Positions 1 to 12,100 of a DNA stretch of 64,000 bases are shown in pieces (the stretch's first letter is position 1; each line of letters starts with the position of its first letter). The DNA lies in contig OZ059896.1 in the NCBI GenBank assembly GCA_964057225.1, positions 2,418,001 through 2,482,000 of the forward strand, read 5' to 3'. Below the pieces are notes generated by a model. The model did no database searches and had not been told where the DNA came from. It was given only the letters and a program-made list of their open reading frames with translations. The DNA is from Auanema rhodensis. Its lineage: Eukaryota > Animalia > Nematoda. A program made the position numbers and the translations under genes.

Positions 1-2524
1 CTTCTTTCAAGGCAAAAACGATGGACAATGTTATTCAACGAAAAAATTAATTCTTCAGGGTGAAAATCGAGGATATAAGTGTGAAATTATATCAGTTGAT
101 ATCTCGGTGCATTTTTAAGCTAGCGCAAATCTGAGAACACAGATCGACGCAGCGTAAAAATCCGCATCGAATGCATTATACTACATGGAGAAACGCTCAT
201 CACAAAAATTAGTTATGATCGTTTGAAAAATGATGCATTAGTGTATGTTGAGTTTCCATGTACACTCAACATTGCTTCCAAAAACATTTTGACAAAATTT
301 TTTCGAAAAATTTCAAAATAATTTCGCAAAAAGTAAATGTTTTTAGATTCCTTTTTTTGAGGCAAAAACGATGGACAATGTTATTCAACGAAAAAATTAA
401 TTCTTCAGGGTGAAAATCGAGGATATAAGTGTGAACTTATATCAGTTGATATCTCGGTGCATTTTTAAGCTAGCGCAAATCTGATAACATAGATCGACGC
501 AGCTTAAAAATCCGCATCGAATGCACTATACTACATGGAGAAACGCTCATCACAAAAATTAGTTATGATCGTTTGAAAAATGATGCATTAGTGTATGTTG
601 AGTTTCCATGTACACTCAACATTGCTTCCAAAAACATTTTGACAAAAATTTTTTCGAAAAATTTCAAAATAATTTAGCGAAAAGTAGATGTTTTTAGATT
701 CCTTTTTTCAAGGCAAAAACGATGGACAATGTAATTCAACGAAAAAATTAATTCTTCAGGGTGAAAATCGAGGATATAAGTGTGAACTTATATCAGTTGA
801 TATCTCGGTGCATTTTCGAGCTAGCGCAAATCTGATAGTACAGATCGACGCAGCTTAAAAATCCGCATCGAATGCACTATACTACATTGAGAAACGCTCA
901 TCACAAAAATTAGTTATGATCGTTTGAAAAATGATGCATTAGTGTATGTTGAGTTTCCATGTACACTCAACATTGCTTCCAAAAACATTTTGACAAAATT
1001 TTTTCGAAAAATTTCAGAATAATTTCGCAAAAAGTAGATGTTTTTAGATTCCTTTTTTTGAGGCAAAAACGATGGACAATGTTATTCAACGAAAAAATTA
1101 ATTCTTCAGGGTGAAAATCGAGGATATAAGTGTGAACTTATATCAGATGATATCTCGGTGCATTTTTAAGCTAGCGCAAATCTGATAACATAGATCGACG
1201 CAGCTTAAAAATCCGCATCGAATGCACTATACTACATGGAGAAACGCTCATCACAAAAATTAGTTATGATCGTTTGAAAAATGATGCATTAGTGTATGTT
1301 GAGTTTCCATGTACACTCAACATTGCTTCCAAAAACATTTTGACAAAAATTTTTTCGAAAAATTTCAAAATAATTTAGCGAAAAGTAGATGTTTTTAGAT
1401 TCCTTTTTTCAAGGCAAAAACGATGGACAATGTAATTCAACGAAAAAATTAATTCTTCAGGGTGAAAATCGAGGATATAAGTGTGAACTTATATCAGTTG
1501 ATATCTCGGTGCATTTTCGAGCTAGCGCAAATCTGATAGTACAGATCGACGCAGCTTAAAAATCCGCATCGAATGCACTATACTACATTGAGAAACGCTC
1601 ATCACAAAAATTAGTTATGATCGTTTGAAAAATGATGCATTAGTGTATGTTGAGTTTCCATGTACACTCAACATTGCTTCCAAAAACATTTTGACAAAAT
1701 TTTTTCGAAAAATTTCAAAATAATTTCGCAAAAAGTAGATGTTTTTAGATTCCTTTTTTTGAGGCAAAAACGATGGACAATGTTATTCAACGAAAAAATT
1801 AATTCTTCAGGGTGAAAATCGAGGATATAAGTGTGAACTTATATCAGATGATATCTAGGTGCATTTTTAAGCTAGCGCAAATCTGATAACACAGATCGAC
1901 GCAGCGTAAAAATCCGCATCGAATGCACTATATTACATTGAGGAAAGCTTAATACAAAAATTAGTTATGATCGTTTGAAAAGTGATGCATTAGTGTATGT
2001 TGAGTTTCCATGTACACTCAAAATTGCTTCCAAAAACATTTTGACAAAAATTTTTTCGAAAAATTTCAAAATAATTTAGCAAAAAGTAGATGTTTTTAGA
2101 TTCCTTCTTTCAAGGCAAAAACGATGGACAATGTTATTCAACGAAAAAATTAATTCTTCAGGGTGAAAATCGAGGATATAAGTGTGAAATTATATCAGTT
2201 GATATCTCGGTGCATTTTTAAGCTAGCGCAAATCTGAGAACACAGATCGACGCAGCTTAAAAATCCGCATCGAATGCATTATACTACATGGAGAAACGCT
2301 CATCACAAAAATTAGTTATGATCGTTTGAAAAATGATGCATTAGTGTATGTTGAGTTTCCATGTACACTCAACATTGCTTCCAAAAACATTTTGACAAAA
2401 TTTTTTCGAAAAATTTCAAAATAATTTCGCAAAAAGTAGATGTTTTTAGATTCCTTTTTTTGAGGCAAAAACGATGGACAATGTTATTCAACGAAAAAAT
2501 TAATTCTTCAGGGTGAAAATCGAG

Positions 2525-2546
2525 GATATAAGTGTGAACTTATATC
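2525..2546. other. Perfect 9-bp inverted repeat with 4-nt spacer, once per monomer (example copy)
   Basis: GATATAAGT-GTGA-ACTTATATC. Confidence 0.9.
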
Positions 2547-2556
2547 AGTTGATATC

Positions 2557-2623
2557 TCGGTGCATTTTTAAGCTAGCGCAAATCTGATAACACAGATCGA
2601 CGCAGCTTAAAAATCCGCATCGA
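2557..2623. other. 67-bp imperfect inverted repeat present once per monomer (example copy)
   Basis: TCGGTGC-ATTTTTAAGCT-A-GCG-CAA-ATCTG-[ATAACA]-CAGAT-CGA-CGC-AGCTTAAAAAT-CC-GCATCGA. It has an 11-bp perfect arm pair plus 5-, 3- and 7-bp (one mismatch) paired segments. Confidence 0.85.
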
Positions 2624-2813
2624 ATGCATTATACTACATGGAGAAACGCTCATCACAAAAATTAGTTATGATCGTTTGAAAAGTGATGCATTAGTGTATG
2701 TTGAGTTTCCATGTACACTCAACATTGCTTCCAAAAACATTTTGACAAAATTTTTTCGAAAAATTTCAAAATAATTTCGCAAAAAGTAGATGTTTTTAGA
2801 TTCCTTTTTTTGA

Positions 2814-3111
2814 GGCAAAAACGATGGACAATGTTATTCAACGAAAAAATTAATTCTTCAGGGTGAAAATCGAGGATATAAGTGTGAACTTATATCAGTT
2901 AATATCTCGGTGCATTTTTAAGCTAGCGCAAATCTGATAACACAGATCGACGCAGCTTAAAAGTCCGCATCGAATGCACTATACGTAAGAGTTTCTATAA
3001 GAGTTTCCATGTACACTCAACATTGCTTCCAAAAACATTTTGACAAAATTTTTTCGAAAAATTTCAAAATAATTTCGCAAAAAGTAGATGTTTTTAGATT
3101 CCTTTTTTTGA
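2814..3111. other. Truncated 298-bp monomer: 68-bp deletion replaced by a 16-bp insertion at 2985-3000
   Basis: The sequence reads ...GCACTATAC[GTAAGAGTTTCTATAA]GAGTTTCCATG..., whereas normal monomers have 68 bp between these flanks. Anchor spacing 2814 to 3112 is 298 = 350-52. Confidence 0.95.
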
Positions 3112-6100
3112 GGCAAAAACGATGGACAATGTTATTCAACGAAAAAATTAATTCTTCAGGGTGAAAATCGAGGATATAAGTGTGAACTTATATCAGTTGA
3201 TATCTCGGTGCATTTTTAAGCTAGCGCAAATCTGATAACACAGATCGACGCAGCTTAAAAATCCGCATCGAATGCACTATATTACATTGAGGAAAGCTTA
3301 ATACAACAATTAGTTATGATCGTTTGAAAAATGATGCATTAGTGTATGTTGAGTTTCCATGTACACTCAACATTGCTTCCAAAAACATTTTGACAAAATT
3401 TTTTCGAAAAATTTCAAAATAATTTCGCAAAAAGTAAATGTTTTTAGATTCCTTTTTTTGAGGCAAAAACGATGGACAATGTTATTCAACGAAAAAATTA
3501 ATTCTTCAGGGTGAAAATCGAGGATATAAGTGTGAACTTATATCAGTTGATATCTCGGTGCATTTTTAAGCTAGCGCAAATCTGATAACATAGATCGACG
3601 CAGCTTAAAAATCCGCATCGAATGCACTATACTACATGGAGAAACGCTCATCACAAAAATTAGTTATGATCGTTTGAAAAATGATGCATTAGTGTATGTT
3701 GAGTTTCCATGTACACTCAACATTGCTTCCAAAAACATTTTGACAAAAATTTTTTCGAAAAATTTCAAAATAATTTAGCGAAAAGTAGATGTTTTTAGAT
3801 TCCTTTTTTCAAGGCAAAAACGATGGACAATGTAATTCAACGAAAAAATTAATTCTTCAGGGTGAAAATCGAGGATATAAGTGTGAACTTATATCAGTTG
3901 ATATCTCGGTGCATTTTCGAGCTAGCGCAAATCTGATAGTACAGATCGACGCAGCTTAAAAATCCGCATCGAATGCACTATACTACATTGAGAAACGCTC
4001 ATCACAAAAATTAGTTATGATCGTTTGAAAAATGATGCATTAGTGTATGTTGAGTTTCCATGTACACTCAACATTGCTTCCAAAAACATTTTGACAAAAT
4101 TTTTTCGAAAAATTTCAAAATAATTTCGCAAAAAGTAGATGTTTTTAGATTCCTTTTTTTGAGGCAAAAACGATGGACAATGTTATTCAACGAAAAAATT
4201 AATTCTTCAGGGTGAAAATCGAGGATATAAGTGTGAACTTATATCAGATGATATCTCGGTGCATTTTTAAGCTAGCGCAAATCTGATAACATAGATCGAC
4301 GCAGCTTAAAAATCCGCATCGAATGCACTATACTACATGGAGAAACGCTCATCACAAAAATTAGTTATGATCGTTTGAAAAATGATGCATTAGTGTATGT
4401 TGAGTTTCCATGTACACTCAACATTGCTTCCAAAAACATTTTGACAAAAATTTTTTCGAAAAATTTCAAAATAATTTAGCGAAAAGTAGATGTTTTTAGA
4501 TTCCTTTTTTCAAGGCAAAAACGATGGACAATGTAATTCAACGAAAAAATTAATTCTTCAGGGTGAAAATCGAGGATATAAGTGTGAACTTATATCAGTT
4601 GATATCTCGGTGCATTTTCGAGCTAGCGCAAATCTGATAGTACAGATCGACGCAGCTTAAAAATCCGCATCGAATGCACTATACTACATTGAGAAACGCT
4701 CATCACAAAAATTAGTTATGATCGTTTGAAAAATGATGCATTAGTGTATGTTGAGTTTCCATGTACACTCAACATTGCTTCCAAAAACATTTTGACAAAA
4801 TTTTTTCGAAAAATTTCAAAATAATTTCGCAAAAAGTAGATGTTTTTAGATTCCTTTTTTTGAGGCAAAAACGATGGACAATGTTATTCAACGAAAAAAT
4901 TAATTCTTCAGGGTGAAAATCGAGGATATAAGTGTGAACTTATATCAGATGATATCTAGGTGCATTTTTAAGCTAGCGCAAATCTGATAACACAGATCGA
5001 CGCAGCGTAAAAATCCGCATCGAATGCACTATATTACATTGAGGAAAGCTTAATACAAAAATTAGTTATGATCGTTTGAAAAGTGATGCATTAGTGTATG
5101 TTGAGTTTCCATGTACACTCAAAATTGCTTCCAAAAACATTTTGACAAAAATTTTTTCGAAAAATTTCAAAATAATTTAGCAAAAAGTAGATGTTTTTAG
5201 ATTCCTTCTTTCAAGGCAAAAACGATGGACAATGTTATTCAACGAAAAAATTAATTCTTCAGGGTGAAAATCGAGGATATAAGTGTGAAATTATATCAGT
5301 TGATATCTCGGTGCATTTTTAAGCTAGCGCAAATCTGATAACACAGATCGACGCAGCTTAAAAATCCGCATCGAATGCATTATACTACATGGAGAAACGC
5401 TCATCACAAAAATTAGTTATGATCGTTTGAAAAATGATGCATTAGTGTATGTTGAGTTTCCATGTACACTCAACATTGCTTCCAAAAACATTTTGACAAA
5501 ATTTTTTCGAAAAATTTCAAAATAATTTCGCAAAAAGTAGATGTTTTTAGATTCCTTTTTTTGAGGCAAAAACGATGGACAATGTTATTCAACGAAAAAA
5601 TTAATTCTTCAGGGTGAAAATCGAGGATATAAGTGTGAACTTATATCAGTTGATATCTCGGTGCATTTTTAAGCTAGCGCAAATCTGATAACACAGATCG
5701 ACGCAGCTTAAAAATCCGCATCGAATGCATTATACTACATGGAGAAACGCTCATCACAAAAATTAGTTATGATCGTTTGAAAAATGATGCATTAGTGTAT
5801 GTTGAGTTTCCATGTACACTCAACATTGCTTCCAAAAACATTTTGACAAAATTTTTTCGAAAAATTTCAAAATAATTTCGCAAAAAGTAGATGTTTTTAG
5901 ATTCCTTTTTTTGAGGCAAAAACGATGGACAATGTTATTCAACGAAAAAATTAATTCTTCAGGGTGAAAATCGAGGATATAAGTGTGAACTTATATCAGT
6001 TAATATCTCGGTGCATTTTTAAGCTAGCGCAAATCTGATAACACAGATCGACGCAGCTTAAAAGTCCGCATCGAATGCACTATACTACATTAAGAAAGGC

Positions 6101-9100
6101 TTAATACAAAAATTAGTTATGATCGTTTGAAAAATGATGCATTAGTGTATGTTGAGTTTCCATGTACACTCAAAATTGCTTCCAAAAACATTTTGACAAA
6201 AATTTTTTCGAAAAATTTCAAAATAATTTCGCAAAAAGTAGATGTTTTTAGATTCCTTTTTTTGAGGCAAAAACGATGGACAATGTTATTCAACGAAAAA
6301 ATTAATTCTTCAGGGTGAAAATCGAGGATATAAGTGTGAACTTATATCAGTTGATATCTCGGTGCATTTTTAAGCTAGCGCAAATCTGATAACACAGATC
6401 GACGCAGCTTAAAAATCCGCATCGAATGCACTATATTACATTGAGGAAAGCTTAATACAACAATTAGTTATGATTGTTTGAAAAATGATGCATTAGTGTA
6501 TGTTGAGTTTCCATGTACACTCAAAATTGCTTCCAAAAACATTTTGACAAAAATTTTTTCGAAAAATTTCAAAATAATTTAGCAAAAAGTAGATGTTTTT
6601 AGATTCCTTCTTTCAAGGCAAAAACGATGGACAATGTTATTCAACGAAAAAATTAATTCTTCAGGGTGAAAATCGAGGATATAAGTGTGAACTTATATCA
6701 GTTGATATCTCGGTGCATTTTTAAGCTAGCGCAAATCTGATAACACAGATCGACGCAGCTTAAAAATCCGCATCGAATGCATTATACTACATGGAGAAAC
6801 GCTCATCACAAAAATTAGTTATGATCGTTTGAAAAATGATGCATTAGTGTATGTTGAGTTTCCATGTACACTCAACATTGCTTCCAAAAACATTTTGACA
6901 AAATTTTTTCGAAAAATTTCAAAATAATTTCGCAAAAAGTAGATGTTTTTAGATTCCTTTTTTTGAGGCAAAAACGATGGACAATGTTATTCAACGAAAA
7001 AATTAATTCTTCAGGGTGAAAATCGAGGATATAAGTGTGAACTTATATCAGTTGATATCTCGGTGCATTTTTAAGCTAGCGCAAATCTGATAACACAGAT
7101 CGACGCAGCTTAAAAATCCGCATCGAATGCATTATACTACATGGAGAAACGCTCATCACAAAAATTAGTTATGATCGTTTGAAAAATGATGCATTAGTGT
7201 ATGTTGAGTTTCCATGTACACTCAACATTGCTTCCAAAAACATTTTGACAAAATTTTTTCGAAAAATTTCAAAATAATTTCGCAAAAAGTAAATGTTTTT
7301 AGATTCCTTTTTTTGAGGCAAAAACGATGGACAATGTTATTCAACGAAAAAATTAATTCTTCAGGGTGAAAATCGAGGATATAAGTGTGAACTTATATCA
7401 GTTGATATCTCGGTGCATTTTTAAGCTAGCGCAAATCTGATAACATAGATCGACGCAGCTTAAAAATCCGCATCGAATGCACTATACTACATGGAGAAAC
7501 GCTCATCACAAAAATTAGTTATGATCGTTTGAAAAATGATGCATTAGTGTATGTTGAGTTTCCATGTACACTCAACATTGCTTCCAAAAACATTTTGACA
7601 AAATTTTTTCGAAAAATTTCAAAATAATTTCGCAAAAAGTAGATGTTTTTAGATTCCTTTTTTTGAGGCAAAAACGATGGACAATGTTATTCAACGAAAA
7701 AATTAATTCTTCAGGGTGAAAATCGAGGATATAAGTGTGAACTTATATCAGTTGATATCTCGGTGCATTTTTAAGCTAGCGCAAATCTGATAACACAGAT
7801 CGACGCAGCTTAAAAATCCGCATCGAATGCATTATACTACATGGAGAAACGCTCATCACAAAAATTAGTTATGATCGTTTGAAAAATGATGCATTAGTGT
7901 ATGTTGAGTTTCCATGTACACTCAACATTGCTTCCAAAAACATTTTGACAAAATTTTTTCGAAAAATTTCAAAATAATTTCGCAAAAAGTAAATGTTTTT
8001 AGATTCCTTTTTTTGAGGCAAAAACGATGGACAATGTTATTCAACGAAAAAATTAATTCTTCAGGGTGAAAATCGAGGATATAAGTGTGAACTTATATCA
8101 GTTGATATCTCGGTGCATTTTTAAGCTAGCGCAAATCTGATAACACAGATCGACGCAGCTTAAAAATCCGCATCGAATGCATTATACTACATGGAGAAAC
8201 GCTCATCACAAAAATTAGTTATGATCGTTTGAAAAATGATGCATTAGTGTATGTTGAGTTTCCATGTACACTCAACATTGCTTCCAAAAACATTTTGACA
8301 AAATTTTTTCGAAAAATTTCAAAATAATTTCGCAAAAAGTAGATGTTTTTAGATTCCTTTTTTTGAGGCAAAAACGATGGACAATGTTATTCAACGAAAA
8401 AATTAATTCTTCAGGGTGAAAATCGAGGATATAAGTGTGAACTTATATCAGATGATATCTAGGTGCATTTTTAAGCTAGCGCAAATCTGATAACACAGAT
8501 CGACGCAGCGTAAAAATCCGCATCGAATGCACTATATTACATTGAGGAAAGCTTAATACAAAAATTAGTTATGATCGTTTGAAAAGTGATGCATTAGTGT
8601 ATGTTGAGTTTCCATGTACACTCAAAATTGCTTCCAAAAACATTTTGACAAAAATTTTTTCGAAAAATTTCAAAATAATTTAGCAAAAAGTAGATGTTCT
8701 TAGATTCCTTCTTTCAAGGCAAAAACGATGGACAATGTTATTCAACGAAAAAATTAATTCTTCAGGGTGAAAATCGAGGATATAAGTGTGAAATTATATC
8801 AGTTGATATCTCGGTGCATTTTTAAGCTAGCGCAAATCTGATAACACAGATCGACGCAGCTTAAAAATCCGCATCGAATGCATTATACTACATGGAGAAA
8901 CGCTCATCACAAAAATTAGTTATGATCGTTTGAAAAATGATGCATTAGTGTATGTTGAGTTTCCATGTACACTCAACATTGCTTCCAAAAACATTTTGAC
9001 AAAATTTTTTCGAAAAATTTCAAAATAATTTCGCAAAAAGTAGATGTTTTTAGATTCCTTTTTTTGAGGCAAAAACGATGGACAATGTTATTCAACGAAA

Positions 9101-12100
9101 AAATTAATTCTTCAGGGTGAAAATCGAGGATATAAGTGTGAACTTATATCAGTTGATATCTCGGTGCATTTTTAAGCTAGCGCAAATCTGATAACACAGA
9201 TCGACGCAGCTTAAAAATCCGCATCGAATGCATTATACTACATGGAGAAACGCTCATCACAAAAATTAGTTATGATCGTTTGAAAAATGATGCATTAGTG
9301 TATGTTGAGTTTCCATGTACACTCAACATTGCTTCCAAAAACATTTTGACAAAAATTTTTTCGAAAAATTTCAAAATAATTTAGCAAAAAGTAGATGTTT
9401 TTAGATTCCTTTTTTCAAGGCAAAAACGATGGACAATGTTATTCAACGAAAAAATTAATTCTTCAGGGTGAAAATCGAGGATATAAGTGTGAACTTATAT
9501 CAGTTGATATCTCGGTGCATTTTCGAGCTAGCGCAAATCTGATAGTACAGATCGACGCAGCTTAAAAATCCGCATCGAATGCACTATACTACATTGAGAA
9601 ACGCTTAATACAAAAATAAGTTATGATCGTTTGAAAAATGATGCATTAGTGTATGTTGAGTTTCCATGTACACTCAAAATTGCTTCCAAAAACATTTTGA
9701 CAAAAATTTTTTCGAAAAATTTCAAAATAATTTAGCAAAAAGTAGATGTTTTTAGATTCCTTTTTTCGAGGCAAAAACGATGGACAATGTTATTCAACGA
9801 AAAAATTAATTCTTCAGGGTGAAAATCGAGGATATAAGTGTGAACTTATATCAGTTGATATCTCGGTGCATTTTCGAGCTAGCGCAAATCTGATAGTACA
9901 GATCGACGCAGCTTAATAATCCGCATCGAATGCACTATACTACATTGAGAAACGCTTAATACAAAAATAAGTTATGATCGTTTGAAAAATGATGCATTAG
10001 TGTATGTTGAGTTTCCATGTACACTCAAAATTGCTTCCAAAAACATTTTGACAAAAATTTTTTCGAAAAATTTCAAAATAATTTAGCAAAAAGTAGATGT
10101 TTTTAGATTCCTTTTTTCAAGGCAAAAACGATGGACAATGTTATTCAACGAAAAAATTAATTCTTCAGGGTGAAAATCGAGGATATAGGTGTGAACTTAT
10201 ATCAGTTGATATCTCGGTGCATTTTCAAGCCAGCGCAAATCTGATAGTACAGATCGACGCAGTTTAAAAATCCGCATCGAATGCACTATACTACATTGAG
10301 AAACGCTTAATACAAAAATTAGTTATGATCGTTTGAAAAATGATGCATTAGTGTATGTTGAGTTTCCATGTACACTCCAAATTGCTTCCAAAAACATTTT
10401 GACAAAAATTTTTTCGAAAAATTTCAAAATAATTTAGCGAAAAGTAGATGTTTTTAGATTCCTTTTTTCGAGGCAAAAACGATGGACAATGTTATTCAAC
10501 GAAAAAATTAATTCTTCAGGGTGAAAACCGAGGATATAAGTGTGAACTTATATCAGTTGATATCTCGGTGCATTTTTAAGCTAGCGGAAATTTGATAACA
10601 CAGATCGACGCAGCTTAAAAATCCGCATTGAGTGCACTATACTACATTAAGAAAAGCTTAATACAAAAATTAGTTATGATCGTTTGAAAAATGATGCATT
10701 AGTGTATGTTGAGTTTCCATGTACACTCAACATTGCTTCCAAAAACATTTTGACAAAAATTTTTTCGAAAAATTTCAAAATAATTTAGCGAAAAGTAGAT
10801 GTTTTTAGATTCCTTTTTTCGAGGCAAAAACGATGGACAATGTTATTCAACGAAAAAATTAATTCTTCAGGGTGAAAATCGAGGATATAAGTGTGAACTT
10901 ATATCAGTTGATATCTCGGTGCATTTTCAAGCTAGCGCAAATCTGATAGTACAGATCGACGCAGCTTAAAAATTCGCATCGAATGCACTATACTACATTG
11001 AGAAACGCTTAATACAAAAATTAGTTATGATCGTTTGAAAAATGATGCATTAGTGTATGTTGAGTTTCCATGTACACTCAAAATTGCTTCCAAAAACATT
11101 TTGACAAAAATTTTTTCAAAAAATTTCAAAATAATTTAGCGAAAAGTAGATGTTTTTAGATTCCTTTTTTCAAGGCAAAAACGTTGGACAATGTTATTCA
11201 ACGAAAAAATTAATTCTTCAGGGTGAAAATCGAGGATATAGGTGTGAACTTATATCAGTTGATATCTCGGTGCATTTGCAAGCTAGCGCAAATCTGATAG
11301 TACAGATCGACGCAGCTTAATAATCCGCATCGAATGCACTATACTACATTGAGAAACGCTTAATACAAAAATTGGTTATGATCTTTTGAAAAATGATGCA
11401 TTAGTGTATGTTGAGTTTCCATGTACACTCAAAATTGCTTCCAAAAACATTTTGACAAAAATTTTTTCGAAAAATTTCAAAATAATTTAGCAAAAAGTAG
11501 ATGTTTCTAGATTCCTTTTTTCGAGGCAAAAACGATGGACAATGTTATTCAACGAAAAAATTAATTCTTCAGGGTGAAAATCGAGGATATAAGTGTGAAC
11601 TTATATCAGTTGATATCTCGGTGCATTTTTGAGCTAGCGCAAATCTGATAGTACAGATCGACGCAGCTTAAAAATCCGCATCGAATGCACTATACTACAT
11701 TGAGAAACGCTTAATACAAAAATAAGTTATGATCGTTTGAAAAATGATGCATTAGTGTATGTTGAGTTTCCATGTACACTCAAAATTGCTTCCAAAAACA
11801 TTTTGACAAAAATTTTTTCGAAAAATTTCAAAATAATTTAGCAAAAAGTAGATGTTTCTAGATTCCTTTTTTCGAGGCAAAAACGATGGACAATGTTATT
11901 CAACGAAAAAATTAATTCTTCAGGGTGAAAATCGAGGATATAAGTGTGAACTTATATCAGTTGATATCTCGGTGCATTTTCGAGCTAGCGCAAATCTGAT
12001 AGTACAGATCGACGCAGCTTAAAAATCCGCATCGAATGCACTATACTACATTGAGAAACGCTTAATACAAAAATAAGTTATGATCGTTTGAAAAATGATG

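Larger units (their letters stand above)
361..6616. repeat. Two copies of a 9-monomer higher-order unit (361-3461, 3462-6616), each containing an internal dimer duplication
   Basis: The same order of variant monomers recurs at lag 3101: ATAACAT (361/3462), GTAATT+TTCGAG (712/3813), CAGATG (1062/4163), GTAATT (1413/4514), CTAGG+GCAGCGT (1763/4864), GAAATT (2114/5215), GTTAAT+AAAGTCC (2814/5915). The ACAACAATT monomer (3112/6266) is at lag 3154, after the deletion. Confidence 0.88.
1..9260. repeat. Satellite subfamily A domain (mostly 350-bp monomers)
   Basis: Diagnostic alleles TACATGGAGAAACGCTCATCAC, AATTTCGCAAAAAG, GACAAAATTTTTT (4 A) and GAATGCATTA. The last CGCTCATCAC is at 9251-9260 and I did not see it downstream. 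Confidence 0.9.

Noticed and set aside
2525-2546. Rho-independent terminator or bacterial operator reading of the hairpins
   Set aside because: There is no gene context, the stems are AT-rich with no following U-tract, and the overall structure is eukaryotic satellite.
2732-2851. Possible ancient internal subrepeat (CAAAAACATTTTGACAA...CGAAAAATT vs CAAAAACGATGGACAA...CGAAAAAATT, 84 bp apart) or a 2x175 dimer structure
   Set aside because: The similarity is short and dominated by A/T tracts, and I could not align the two halves of the monomer.
6127-6318. 63-aa ORF MKNDALVYVEF...
   Set aside because: It starts at TTG and is open only because this monomer combines the 5-A tract with the TTTCGC allele, removing a TAG. 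The K/F/I/N-rich translation simply reflects A/T tracts.
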